From Anaeromyxobacteraceae bacterium (GTDB lineage Bacteria > Myxococcota > Myxococcia > Myxococcales > Anaeromyxobacteraceae), in NCBI GenBank assembly GCA_032654565.1, contig JAULAX010000015.1, positions 288,001-352,000 on the forward strand: 64,000 nt of DNA, in the 5' to 3' direction. The position numbers and the translations under genes are program-made. Of this stretch, positions 1 through 8,388 are shown piece by piece. Under the pieces are notes generated by a model. It had not been told where the DNA came from and ran no database searches. It was given only the letters and a program-made list of their open reading frames with translations. Every line of letters begins with the position of its first letter. Positions within the stretch are counted from its first letter, which is position 1.

Positions 1-830
1 CCGTCGTTCCACTGCAGGGCGATCTCCACCACCGCGGTGCCGCGCTCCACCTGGGTCTCGCCGCGCAGCGAGATGGGCGGGTTGAGCACCTGGCGGGTGC
101 GGTTGAGGAAGGCCACGAACTCGGTGATGCCGTCCTTGAAGATGAACTCGTGGCGCTTGGCCGCGGTCCGCTCGTCCTCGATGGTGATGGTCAGGCCGGC
201 GTTGAGGAAGGCCAGCTCGCGCAGCCGCCCGGAGAGGGTCTCGAAGCTGAACTCGTGGACCTCGAAGATGCCGGTGTCGGGCTTGAAGGTGATCTTGGTG
301 CCGCGCCGCTGGGTCTCGCCCACCAGCTGCACCTTGCCGGTGGGGTTGCCGCGCTCGTAGCGCTGGGCGTGGACCTTGCCGTCGCGGTAGACCTCGACCT
401 TGAGCCAGTCGGAGAGGGCGTTGACGCAGGTGACGCCGACGCCGTGCAGGCCGCCGGAGACCTGGTAGGCGTTCGACTCGAACTTGCCGCCGGCGTGCAG
501 CTTGGTCATCACCACGTCGAGCGTGTCCATGCCGACGACGGTGGAGTGCGGCCCGACCGGGATGCCCGAGCCGTTGTCGACCACGGTCAGCGAGTTGTCG
601 GCGTGGATGGTGACGTTGATCTCGGTGCAGCGGCCGGCCATGGCCTCGTCCACCGAGTTGTCGACCACCTCGTAGACCAGGTGGTGCAGGCCGCGCTCGC
701 CGACGTCGCCGATGTACATGTGCGGGCGCTTGCGCACCGCCTCGAGCCCCTCGAGCACCTTGATGGCGTCGGTGCCGTACTCCTCCGTGCCCGGGGTCTT
801 GCGGGGGGTGGCGTTTTCAGCGGTTTCCAG
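1..830 (-). CDS. gyrB: DNA gyrase subunit B, N-terminal part (runs off the window start)
   Basis: Minus-strand frame reads ETAENATPRKTPGTEEYGTDAIKVLEGLEAVRKRPHMYIGD...LHHLVYEVVDNSVDEA...HAGGKF...SGGLHGVGVTCVNALS (GHKL ATPase motifs). Follows recF. The only start that keeps the N-terminal arm is CTG at 830-828. Confidence 0.96.
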   Translation of the reverse strand, partial: METAENATPRKTPGTEEYGTDAIKVLEGLEAVRKRPHMYIGDVGERGLHHLVYEVVDNSVDEAMAGRCTEINVTIHADNSLTVVDNGSGIPVGPHSTVVGMDTLDVVMTKLHAGGKFESNAYQVSGGLHGVGVTCVNALSDWLKVEVYRDGKVHAQRYERGNPTGKVQLVGETQRRGTKITFKPDTGIFEVHEFSFETLSGRLRELAFLNAGLTITIEDERTAAKRHEFIFKDGITEFVAFLNRTRQVLNPPISLRGETQVERGTAVVEIALQWND

Positions 831-883
831 GGGGAGGCCTCGCGGAGTTCTCTGAGCGGTTCTGGGTGTTTAGGTAACACATC

Positions 884-912
884 CGTATAGCAGAGCCGGG
901 GTCGGCCAGCAA
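884..912 (-). promoter_or_regulatory. putative sigma70 promoter of gyrB
   Basis: TTGCTG-17bp-TATACG with extended TG, in the recF-gyrB gap. Confidence 0.45.
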
Positions 913-945
913 CGGGGAAACCGGGGGGCAAGGGTCCGGAACGGC

Positions 946-2055
946 TCAGGAAATGAGCGGGGAGATCGCCCCGGCGGAGACCGCGAAGAAGAGCGTCTCC
1001 GGGCCGGCCAGCGGCTCGATGAGCCGCCGGTCGGTGGAGGTGAGGAAGGCCTGCGCCGGCAGCCCGGCCACGTAGTCGAGCAGGAAGCCGTTCTTCTCCG
1101 GGTCGAGCTCGCTGGAGACGTCGTCGAGCAGCAGGAGCGGCGCCTCCTGCTGCACGGCGCGCAGGTTCTCCACCTCGGCGATCCGCAGCGCCAGGGCGAA
1201 GGCCCGCTGCTGCCCCTGGCTGCCGTAGGTGCGCGCCGCCCGCCCCCCCAGCCCGAAGAGCAGGTCGTCCATGTGCGGGCCGCTGGTGGAGTAGCCGCGC
1301 TCCTGGTCGCGCCCCAGCCGCGCCTCCAGCAGGTCGCCGAGCCGGCCGGCCAGCGCCGCCTCGCTGCCGGCGGTGGAGAGCCCGCCGCTGGGCCGGTAGG
1401 AGAGGATGGCCTCGGGCGCCCCGGGCCCGGAGATCTCGGTGAAGGCCACGGCCAGCCGCGGCGAGAGCTCCTCGACGATGTCGCGGCGCCGGCGCAGCAG
1501 CCGGGCCCCGGCCCGGATCATGGGGGCGCGGAAGCTCTGCTCCACCGCCGTCGCCCCGGCCCGCAGGGCGGCGTTCCGCTCCCGCAGCGCCCGCACGTAC
1601 TCGCGGGCCTCGCCGAGCACCGCCGGCCAGCGGTTGAAGGCGGCCCGGTCGAGGAAGCGCCGCCGCCCGTCCGGCCCCCCCTTCACCAGCTGCAGGTCGT
1701 CGGGGGAGAAGCAGACCGCGGCCAGGCCGTCGAGGTAGTCGTCGAGCCGGTCGATGGGCTTGCCGTCGAGCAGGGCCTGGCGCTGGCCGGGCAGCACCTC
1801 CACCGAGAGCCGCCGCTCCACGGTGCCGCGCCGGACGCTGGCCCCCACCGAGGCGCGCGGCTGGCCGAAGCGGATCAGCTCGGCGAGCCGGGCGGCCCGC
1901 AACGGCCGCAGCGTGGTCAGCAGGTAGACCGCCTCGAGCAGGTTGGTCTTCCCCTGCCCATTCGCCCCCAGCAGCACGGTGAGCCGCGGCGACGGCTGGA
2001 GCGAGACCTCGCCGAGGTTGCGGAAGTCCTGGAGCTGGAGCGAGCCGATGTGCAC
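946..2055 (-). CDS. recF: DNA replication/repair protein RecF
   Basis: FRNL, Walker A GANGQGKTNLLEA, GPHMDDL, SQGQQR, LLLLDDVSSELD; lies between dnaN and gyrB. Confidence 0.97.
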   Translation of the reverse strand: MHIGSLQLQDFRNLGEVSLQPSPRLTVLLGANGQGKTNLLEAVYLLTTLRPLRAARLAELIRFGQPRASVGASVRRGTVERRLSVEVLPGQRQALLDGKPIDRLDDYLDGLAAVCFSPDDLQLVKGGPDGRRRFLDRAAFNRWPAVLGEAREYVRALRERNAALRAGATAVEQSFRAPMIRAGARLLRRRRDIVEELSPRLAVAFTEISGPGAPEAILSYRPSGGLSTAGSEAALAGRLGDLLEARLGRDQERGYSTSGPHMDDLLFGLGGRAARTYGSQGQQRAFALALRIAEVENLRAVQQEAPLLLLDDVSSELDPEKNGFLLDYVAGLPAQAFLTSTDRRLIEPLAGPETLFFAVSAGAISPLIS

Positions 2056-2132
2056 TTCTCAGCCCTCGCCACCACCGGGCGCCGCCAGGCGGCCTGCTGC
2101 GCCGCGGGGGTGGCGCCGGGGGTGAGCCGACA

Positions 2133-3260
2133 TCAGATGCGCATCGGCATCACCACCGCGGTGTAGCCGGCGTCCGGCTCGCCGGCCCCCTTGAGGACGC
2201 CGGGGGAGAGATCGTCGGCCAGCTCGAGCTGCACGTCGTCGGCCTTGAGCGCGGCGACCACGTCGGTGAGGTAGCGGGAGTTGAAGCCGATCTTGAGCGG
2301 CTCGCCGGTGTACTCCACCGGCACGTCCTCGCGGGCGTCGCCGAGGTCGGGGTTCTGCGAGAGCACCCGCAGCGTTCCGGCCGAGAGCTCCAGCTTGACG
2401 GCGTGGGACTTGTCGGAGGAGAGCAGCGAGACCCGCCGCAGCGTCTCCAGGAAGCGCTGCCGCCCCACCTTGACGATCTTCTCGCCCGGCTTGGGGATGA
2501 CCTGCTTGTAGTCGGGGAAGAGCCCCTCGATGAGCCGCATCACCAGGGTGACGCCGGGGCGCTTGAAGACCGCCGAGTTCTCGGCGAAGCCGAGCTGGGC
2601 CAGCGGCTTCTCCTCGCCGGCCTCGGCCGCCTCGGTGAGCAGCTTGCGCAGCTCCTGCAGCCCCTTCTTGGGGAGGATGACCCCCTTCTTCAGGCCGAAG
2701 TCACCGGCCAGGGGGCGCTCCGAGACCGCCAGCCGGTGGCCGTCGGTGGCCACCAGGCGCAGGATCGCCCCCTGCGGCTCGAAGAAGACGCCGTTCAGGT
2801 TGTAGCGGGTCTCGTCGTTGGAGGCGGCGAAGAAGGTCCGCTCGATCTGGTCGAGCAGCGACTTCGGCTCGACGTCGACGAAGGGGAGCTTGTCGAAGCG
2901 GGGCAGCGCCGGGAAGTCCTCGGCCGGGAGCCCGACGATGCGGAACTCGGACGGGCCGCTCTTCACCTCGAGGTAGTTGTTGCCGGCCCGCTTCAGCGTG
3001 ACCGTCTGCTCGGGGAGGGCGCGGACGATCTCGTAGAGGTGCTTGGCGGAGACCGCCAGGGCGCCCTCCTTCTGGACCTCGCAGGTGTGCTGCGAGGTGA
3101 CCGAGAGGTCGAGGTCGGTGGCCGAGAGGTGCAGCTCGTTGCCGGCGCGGGCCTCGACCAGCACGTGGGAGAGGATCGGCATGGTCGACTTGCGCTCGAC
3201 GATGCCCTGCGAGCGGGCCAGCGCCCGGGCCAGCTCCTGGGATCCGATCTTCAGTTCCAT
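2133..3260 (-). CDS. dnaN: DNA polymerase III beta sliding clamp
   Basis: MELKI...KSTMPILSHV, ATDLD, ETRYNLNGV, VATDGHRLA, C-terminal VVMPMRI; start set at ATG 3260. Confidence 0.97.
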   Translation of the reverse strand: MELKIGSQELARALARSQGIVERKSTMPILSHVLVEARAGNELHLSATDLDLSVTSQHTCEVQKEGALAVSAKHLYEIVRALPEQTVTLKRAGNNYLEVKSGPSEFRIVGLPAEDFPALPRFDKLPFVDVEPKSLLDQIERTFFAASNDETRYNLNGVFFEPQGAILRLVATDGHRLAVSERPLAGDFGLKKGVILPKKGLQELRKLLTEAAEAGEEKPLAQLGFAENSAVFKRPGVTLVMRLIEGLFPDYKQVIPKPGEKIVKVGRQRFLETLRRVSLLSSDKSHAVKLELSAGTLRVLSQNPDLGDAREDVPVEYTGEPLKIGFNSRYLTDVVAALKADDVQLELADDLSPGVLKGAGEPDAGYTAVVMPMRI

Positions 3261-3489
3261 AAGAGAAGCTCTCTTCTTCTTTGATACCGCCGTAGTAGCA
3301 GGGGGCGGATCGATGTGGACAAGTGAGTCGAGCCAGCGGAAAGACGGACGTTTCTGCTCTGGAGAACGGTGCCGATCAGCGCGGGTCCGACTTGTGTAGC
3401 GTGCGGCTGATCGAGGTGTCAACGACGGGACACGGTGGATCCCCGGGCCGATCCGGGCGTGATCCACGGCCCTTCCACGGGACCGTCGG
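3261..3489. other. replication origin oriC (dnaA-dnaN intergenic region)
   Basis: DnaA box TTGTCCACA (minus, 3314-3322), then a G/C run, TAG-TAG-CAG trios (3293-3301) and an AT-richer tract near the dnaN start; phased box-like 9-mers at 3437, 3449, 3460 and 3471. Confidence 0.75.
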
Positions 3490-4851
3490 TCAGGGGGCCA
3501 GCTTCTGTGTCAGGGTGGCCACCGCGGTCTGGATGGCCGGGTCCTGGCCGAGCAGCTCCTCGACCCGCTCCTTGGCCGAGATCACCGTGGAGTGGTCCTT
3601 CTTGTTGAACTTCTCGGCGATGAGCTGGAAGGTCTCCTTGGCCAGCTCGCGGCAGAGGAACATGGCCACCTGGCGGGGGATGGCGATCTTCTGCTCGCGC
3701 GAGGAGCTGGTCAGCTTGGCCACGGTCAGCCCGTAGTGGGCGGCGGTGGCCTCCTGGATCCGCTCGATGGTCGGCTTGTAGCCGGGGGGCGGGATGACGT
3801 CGGAGAGGACGTCGCGGGCCAGCCGGACGCTGATGGGCTCGGCCTTGAGCGAGGCGAAGGCGGAGAGCTTGGTGAGGGCGCCGTGCAGCTCGCGGACGTT
3901 GGAGCGGATGTGGGTGGCCAGCAGGGTGGCCACCTCGTCGGGGAGCTCGATCTGCTCCAGCTCCGCCTTCTTCTTCAGGATGGCGGCCCGGGTCTCGAAC
4001 TCGGGGACGTCGATCTGCACCCGCATCCCCCACTCGAAGCGGGAGCAGAGCCGCTCCTCCAGCCCCTTCAGCTCCTTGGGGCTGCGGTCGCTGGAGAGGA
4101 CGATCTGCACCCCCTGCTCGTAGAGGGTGTTGAAGGTGTGGAAGAACTCCTCGGCGGTCTTGTCCTTGCCGGCGAAGAACTGCACGTCGTCGATCAGCAG
4201 CGCCGCGCACTGGCGGTAGCGGCGGCGGAACTCGTCGAGCGTCCCCTTGCGCAGGGCGTCGACGAAGTCGTTGGTGTAGCGCTCGGAGGTGACCACCGCC
4301 ACCGGGACGCCCGGGGAGGCGGCCAGGATGGAGTTGCCGATGGCGTGGAGCAGGTGGGTCTTGCCGAGGCCGGAGTCGCCGTGGAGGAAGAGCGGGTTCC
4401 AGGCGTGGCCGGGCTTCTGGGCCACGGCCTGGGCGGCGGCGAAGGCGAAGCGGTTGGACTCGCCGACCACGAAGGTCTCGAAGGTGTAGCGCTGGCTGGG
4501 GCGCCGCTCGAGCTGGTCGTTGCCGGCCGGGGGGGGCGGGGCCGGGGTGGCCTCGGCGGCGGCGGCGGCGCGCGGCCGGTCGTCGACCACGAAGACCACC
4601 CGCAGCGGGCTGCCGGTCACGGTGGGGAGGAACTCCTCGAACCAGGGGCGGTAGTTGTCGTCGACGAAGTCGCGGTGGAACTTGTCCGGGGCGGCGACGT
4701 GAAGCCGGCCGTCGTCGATGGCGCTGGCCCGCAGCGGCGAGAACCAGCGCTCGTAGAGGTCGGGCCGGAGCCGTGAGCGCAGGTAGCCGTCCACCCGGGC
4801 CCAGGTCTCGTCCAGCGCCGTCGACTCCCGCGTCCTCGCAGGTGATTCCAT
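3490..4851 (-). CDS. dnaA: chromosomal replication initiator DnaA
   Basis: YTFETFVVGESN, NPLFLHGDSGLGKTHLL, LLIDDVQF, EEFFHTFN, SNVRELHGAL, DHSTV; start set at ATG 4851. Confidence 0.98.
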   Translation of the reverse strand: MESPARTRESTALDETWARVDGYLRSRLRPDLYERWFSPLRASAIDDGRLHVAAPDKFHRDFVDDNYRPWFEEFLPTVTGSPLRVVFVVDDRPRAAAAAEATPAPPPPAGNDQLERRPSQRYTFETFVVGESNRFAFAAAQAVAQKPGHAWNPLFLHGDSGLGKTHLLHAIGNSILAASPGVPVAVVTSERYTNDFVDALRKGTLDEFRRRYRQCAALLIDDVQFFAGKDKTAEEFFHTFNTLYEQGVQIVLSSDRSPKELKGLEERLCSRFEWGMRVQIDVPEFETRAAILKKKAELEQIELPDEVATLLATHIRSNVRELHGALTKLSAFASLKAEPISVRLARDVLSDVIPPPGYKPTIERIQEATAAHYGLTVAKLTSSSREQKIAIPRQVAMFLCRELAKETFQLIAEKFNKKDHSTVISAKERVEELLGQDPAIQTAVATLTQKLAP

Positions 4852-5018
4852 GAAAAGTCCCCCGCCGCGGCTGGCCGGTACCAGAGACCAACGGAAAACG
4901 GCTCCGGGGATCAGTCCTGATCCGCGGCGTTTCGTGACGTCGATGTTCGTGGATGGTGTCGCTGCCGTGCCGCGTGTTTCGGGCAAACAAGCACGGCGGC
5001 GCGGCTGGATCAAGGGCA

Positions 5019-5047
5019 AGAATGAGGCGCGCGGGAGGGCTGCGGAA
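5019..5047 (-). promoter_or_regulatory. putative dnaA promoter
   Basis: TTCCGC-17bp-CATTCT on the minus strand, about 170 nt upstream of the dnaA ATG. Confidence 0.35.
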
Positions 5048-5115
5048 GCAGGGCGCTTTCGGTCGAGGGGGGCGGACCTTGACATGCCGCACGTGATCGT
5101 GGAGGTTGCCGCGCC

Positions 5116-5265
5116 ATGAAGCGCACTTACCAGCCCAAGAAGATCAAGCGGAACCGCACCCACGGCTTCCGGAAGCGGATGGCGACCCCGGGCGGTCGCA
5201 ACGTCATCAAGCGTCGTCGTGCCAAGGGGCGCAAGCGCCTCACGACCAAGGCGCCCATCAAGTAG
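5116..5265 (+). CDS. rpmH: 50S ribosomal protein L34
   Basis: [48 protein letters not shown] upstream; too short for the ORF track. Confidence 0.97.
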   Translation: MKRTYQPKKIKRNRTHGFRKRMATPGGRNVIKRRRAKGRKRLTTKAPIK

Positions 5266-5273
5266 AATCACAG

Positions 5274-5616
5274 GTGAAGCTGCCCAAGGCCGCGCGCCTT
5301 CGGCGCCGCCGTGAGTTCCTCGCGGTGCAGGAACGCGGCTCCCGGCTCTGCCCGGGCGTGCTGCTGGTCCTGCGTGGCGCCGATGTGGTCGACCGGGCGA
5401 GGATCGGGATCACGGTGTCGTCCAAGGTCGCCAACGCGGTCGGGCGGAACCGGGTCAAGCGCTGGGTGCGCGAGGCCTTCCGCGAGATCCAGGCGGAGCT
5501 GCCGGCGGTCGACCCTGGTGGTCATCGCCCGGACGGGCGCGCTCGACCAGGGGCTGGCCGGCGCGCGCCGGGCCCTGGCGGCGGCCCGCGACGAGCTGAA
5601 GCGGCGGGGCCCGTGA
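5274..5616 (+). CDS. rnpA: ribonuclease P protein component with an apparent 1-nt insertion frameshift at 5513-5515
   Basis: [14 protein letters not shown]...[25 protein letters not shown] (RNR motif). The canonical continuation DLVVIAR...GP* is in the shifted frame after GACCCTG. Confidence 0.9.
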
Positions 5617-5825
5617 TCGCCAGGGCGCTGGTGGTGCTGGTCCGCTTCTACCAGCGGTTCATCGGCCCCGGCCTGCCGGCCGCCTGCCGGTTCCACCCCA
5701 GCTGCTCCACCTACGCCGTCGAGGCCCTGCAGCGCCACGGGGCGGGGCGGGGCGGCTGGCTCACCATCCGGCGGCTCGGCCGCTGTCATCCTTTTCATCC
5801 CGGCGGCATCGATCCGGTGCCCTGA
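5613..5825 (+). CDS. yidD: membrane protein insertion efficiency factor YidD
   Basis: YQRFIGP...[15 protein letters not shown]...[22 protein letters not shown] overlap with the rnpA stop. Confidence 0.95.
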   Translation: MIARALVVLVRFYQRFIGPGLPAACRFHPSCSTYAVEALQRHGAGRGGWLTIRRLGRCHPFHPGGIDPVP

Positions 5826-5842
5826 CCGCAGCGAGGTTCTTC

Positions 5843-7489
5843 GTGCCTACCGACAATCGCCGCTTCTTCATCGCCATCCTGGCCTCCATCGCCATCGTCT
5901 TCGGCTGGCAGCTGCTCTTCCCGCCGCCGAAGCCGAAGCCGGTGGTGGCGGCGGCCAACACCCAGGCGGCGGCCCCGGTGGCGCTCGCCGGTTCGGCGGC
6001 GGCGCTCCCCTCCCCTGCCCCGGCCGCCGCGGCGGTGCCCGAGGCCCCCGAGGAGCTGGTGACGCTCAAGGGGGCCGACTTCGCGGTGGTGCTCACCAGC
6101 CACGGCGGCGCCATCAAGCACGTCGAGCTGCTGGGGGAGAAGTTCCAGCGCACCGCCGAGGGCAAGCTCATCCCCATCGACATGGTCCGGGTGGCTCCCG
6201 GGGCGCCGCTGCCGCTCACCGTGGCGGTCTCGCCGGAGCTGGGCGGCCCGGCCGACCTGATGCGCGATCCCGGCGCCCGCGGCTCGATGCGGGTGGTCTC
6301 GCGCGACGCCCAGGGGGTGGTCTTCGAGGGGCGCACCGGCGCCGTGGCCATCACCAAGAGCTACCGGCTGACCGGCAAGCCCTACGAGCTGGCCATCGAG
6401 CTGACCCTCTCCGGCGCCGCGGCGGCCGGGACCGCGTCGGTGATCTTCGACGGCTACATGCCCCCCTCCACCTCCAGCGGCAGCATCTTCTCCGGCCCGC
6501 CGCTCGACTTCGTCCGGCCGGTCTGCCGGGCCGGCACCAAGACCGAGCGGTTCGACACCGCCGGCGACGAGGTGCAGAAGAAGCTGGAGGGGGCGGTGGC
6601 CTGGGCCGGCATCGACCAGCACTACTTCACCGCGGCGCTGCTGCCGAGCGCACCGGGCGGGAGCTGCCTCTTCCTCAAGGGGGGCGAGAAGGGGAGCGGC
6701 GCCGCCGTCATCCAGTACCCGCTCGACCCGTCCGGGCGGAAGCTGGCCTTCACCCTCTTCGCCGGCCCCAAGCAGCTCGACCTGCTCAAGGCCTACGCCA
6801 AGCACGGCGGCCAGGACCGGGCCTTCGAGTCGGCCATCGACTACGGGCCGGTGAGCAACTTCTTCGCCTTCTTCGCCCAGATCCTGCTCGGGGTGATGCG
6901 CTGGTTCCACGCCTTCGTGGCCAACTGGGGCACGGCCATCATCCTCCTGACCATCTCGGTCAAGGTGCTGCTCTACCCGCTGACGTTCAAGTCGATGCAG
7001 TCGATGAACGCCATGCGCAAGCTGCAGCCGGAGATCGAGAAGCTCAAGGCCAAGCACGGCGACGACCGCGAGGCCATGAGCCGGGCGCAGATGGCCCTCT
7101 TCCAGCAGCACAAGGTCAACCCGGCCGGCGGCTGCCTGCCCATGCTGCTGCAGATGCCCATCTGGTTCGCGCTCTACGCGGCGCTGCAGACCTCGGTGGA
7201 GCTCTACCGGGCCCCGTTCCTGTGGATGACCGACCTGACCCAGCAGGACCCCTACTTCATCCTGCCGGTGGCCATGGGGGTCACCAGCTTCATCATGCAG
7301 AAGTTCTCGCCGCAGCCCACCGACAACACCCAGGCGAAGATGATGCTCTACTTCTTCCCCGGCTTCTTCACGGTGATGATGCTCTTCGTGCCGTCCGGGC
7401 TGACGCTCTACATCTTCGTCAACAACCTGCTCTCGATCGCCCAGCAGCAGCTGGTCAACCGGATGCAGGACCGCCCTGCCAAGACCTAG
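5843..7489 (+). CDS. yidC: membrane protein insertase YidC
   Basis: N-terminal TM, periplasmic domain, NWGTAIILLTI, GGCLPMLLQMPIW, DPYFILP, PSGLTLY. Confidence 0.97.
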   Translation: MPTDNRRFFIAILASIAIVFGWQLLFPPPKPKPVVAAANTQAAAPVALAGSAAALPSPAPAAAAVPEAPEELVTLKGADFAVVLTSHGGAIKHVELLGEKFQRTAEGKLIPIDMVRVAPGAPLPLTVAVSPELGGPADLMRDPGARGSMRVVSRDAQGVVFEGRTGAVAITKSYRLTGKPYELAIELTLSGAAAAGTASVIFDGYMPPSTSSGSIFSGPPLDFVRPVCRAGTKTERFDTAGDEVQKKLEGAVAWAGIDQHYFTAALLPSAPGGSCLFLKGGEKGSGAAVIQYPLDPSGRKLAFTLFAGPKQLDLLKAYAKHGGQDRAFESAIDYGPVSNFFAFFAQILLGVMRWFHAFVANWGTAIILLTISVKVLLYPLTFKSMQSMNAMRKLQPEIEKLKAKHGDDREAMSRAQMALFQQHKVNPAGGCLPMLLQMPIWFALYAALQTSVELYRAPFLWMTDLTQQDPYFILPVAMGVTSFIMQKFSPQPTDNTQAKMMLYFFPGFFTVMMLFVPSGLTLYIFVNNLLSIAQQQLVNRMQDRPAKT

Positions 7490-7506
7490 GGTTCACGGAG
7501 AGTCAC

Positions 7507-8016
7507 ATGGAGCATCCCGAAGCGCCGCCGCCGGCCCAGGCGCCGGAGAAGGTGGAGAAGGCGCGGAGCTTCTGCGAGGAGCTGCTGCGCCGGCTGGGCG
7601 GGCGGGTCGAGGTGGAGGTGCGCGAGACGCCGGAGGCCATCGGCGTCTGGCTCAAGCCGCTCGAGGGGAACCGGGTGGAGCTCACCTCGGCGCTCATCGA
7701 GTCCATGCAGACGCTGGCCAACCGGGCGGTCAACCCGCGCGCCGAGTCGCGCAAGTGGGTCAACCTGGAGGCCGGCGGCTTCTCCGAGGATGGCGACCCG
7801 GCGGTCAAGGCGATGGCGGCGCGGCTGGCGGAGACGGTGCGCCGGACCGGGCGGGCGGTGGCGCTGGCGCCGATGAGCGCGCGCGAGCGGCGGCAGCTCC
7901 ACATCGCCCTGCAGGACGCCGAGGGGGTCACCACCCGGAGCGAGGGGGAGGGGCTCTTCCGCCAGCTGCTGGTGTTGCCGGAGCCGGGGAAGCGGATCGC
8001 CGGGCGGGAAGGGTAG
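7507..8016 (+). CDS. jag: Jag/KhpB-like R3H-domain RNA-binding protein (short form)
   Basis: PMSARERRQLHIAL...TTRSEGEG (R3H); canonical position after yidC. Confidence 0.8.
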   Translation: MEHPEAPPPAQAPEKVEKARSFCEELLRRLGGRVEVEVRETPEAIGVWLKPLEGNRVELTSALIESMQTLANRAVNPRAESRKWVNLEAGGFSEDGDPAVKAMAARLAETVRRTGRAVALAPMSARERRQLHIALQDAEGVTTRSEGEGLFRQLLVLPEPGKRIAGREG

Positions 8017-8025
8017 GGGCGGGTC

Positions 8026-8235
8026 GTGGCCAGGGAGAAGACGCTCGAGGAGCGGCTCTTCGCGGCGGCGGTGCTGCGCCGCTCCTTCGAGCTGCGCGGC
8101 GAGGAGTACGCCGACGGCTTCCGGTTCGTCTACGAGGGCGTGCTGCGCGACATGGGGCTGGAGGACGATGCGGTGCTGGCCTTCCTGGTCGCGCACCGGG
8201 CCGAGGTGGACAAGGCCATCGGCCGCGGGGCGTGA
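8026..8235 (+). CDS. small hypothetical protein (69 aa)
   Basis: Strong GC3 codon bias; 9 bp after jag; no recognisable family. Confidence 0.75.
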   Translation: MAREKTLEERLFAAAVLRRSFELRGEEYADGFRFVYEGVLRDMGLEDDAVLAFLVAHRAEVDKAIGRGA

Positions 8236-8388
8236 GGCCGGTGTCCCGGCCCGGGCTCGGTGCCGTCGCGGAAGGGCGGGCGATCGAGCCGCGGCAGTCC
8301 GGTCGCGGAGCGGCGTAAGCTGACGGGACGCCGGGCGCTGGATGGCGAGCGGTGGCCGGGCGGGATGACGGCCCGGGCGCGAGGGTGA

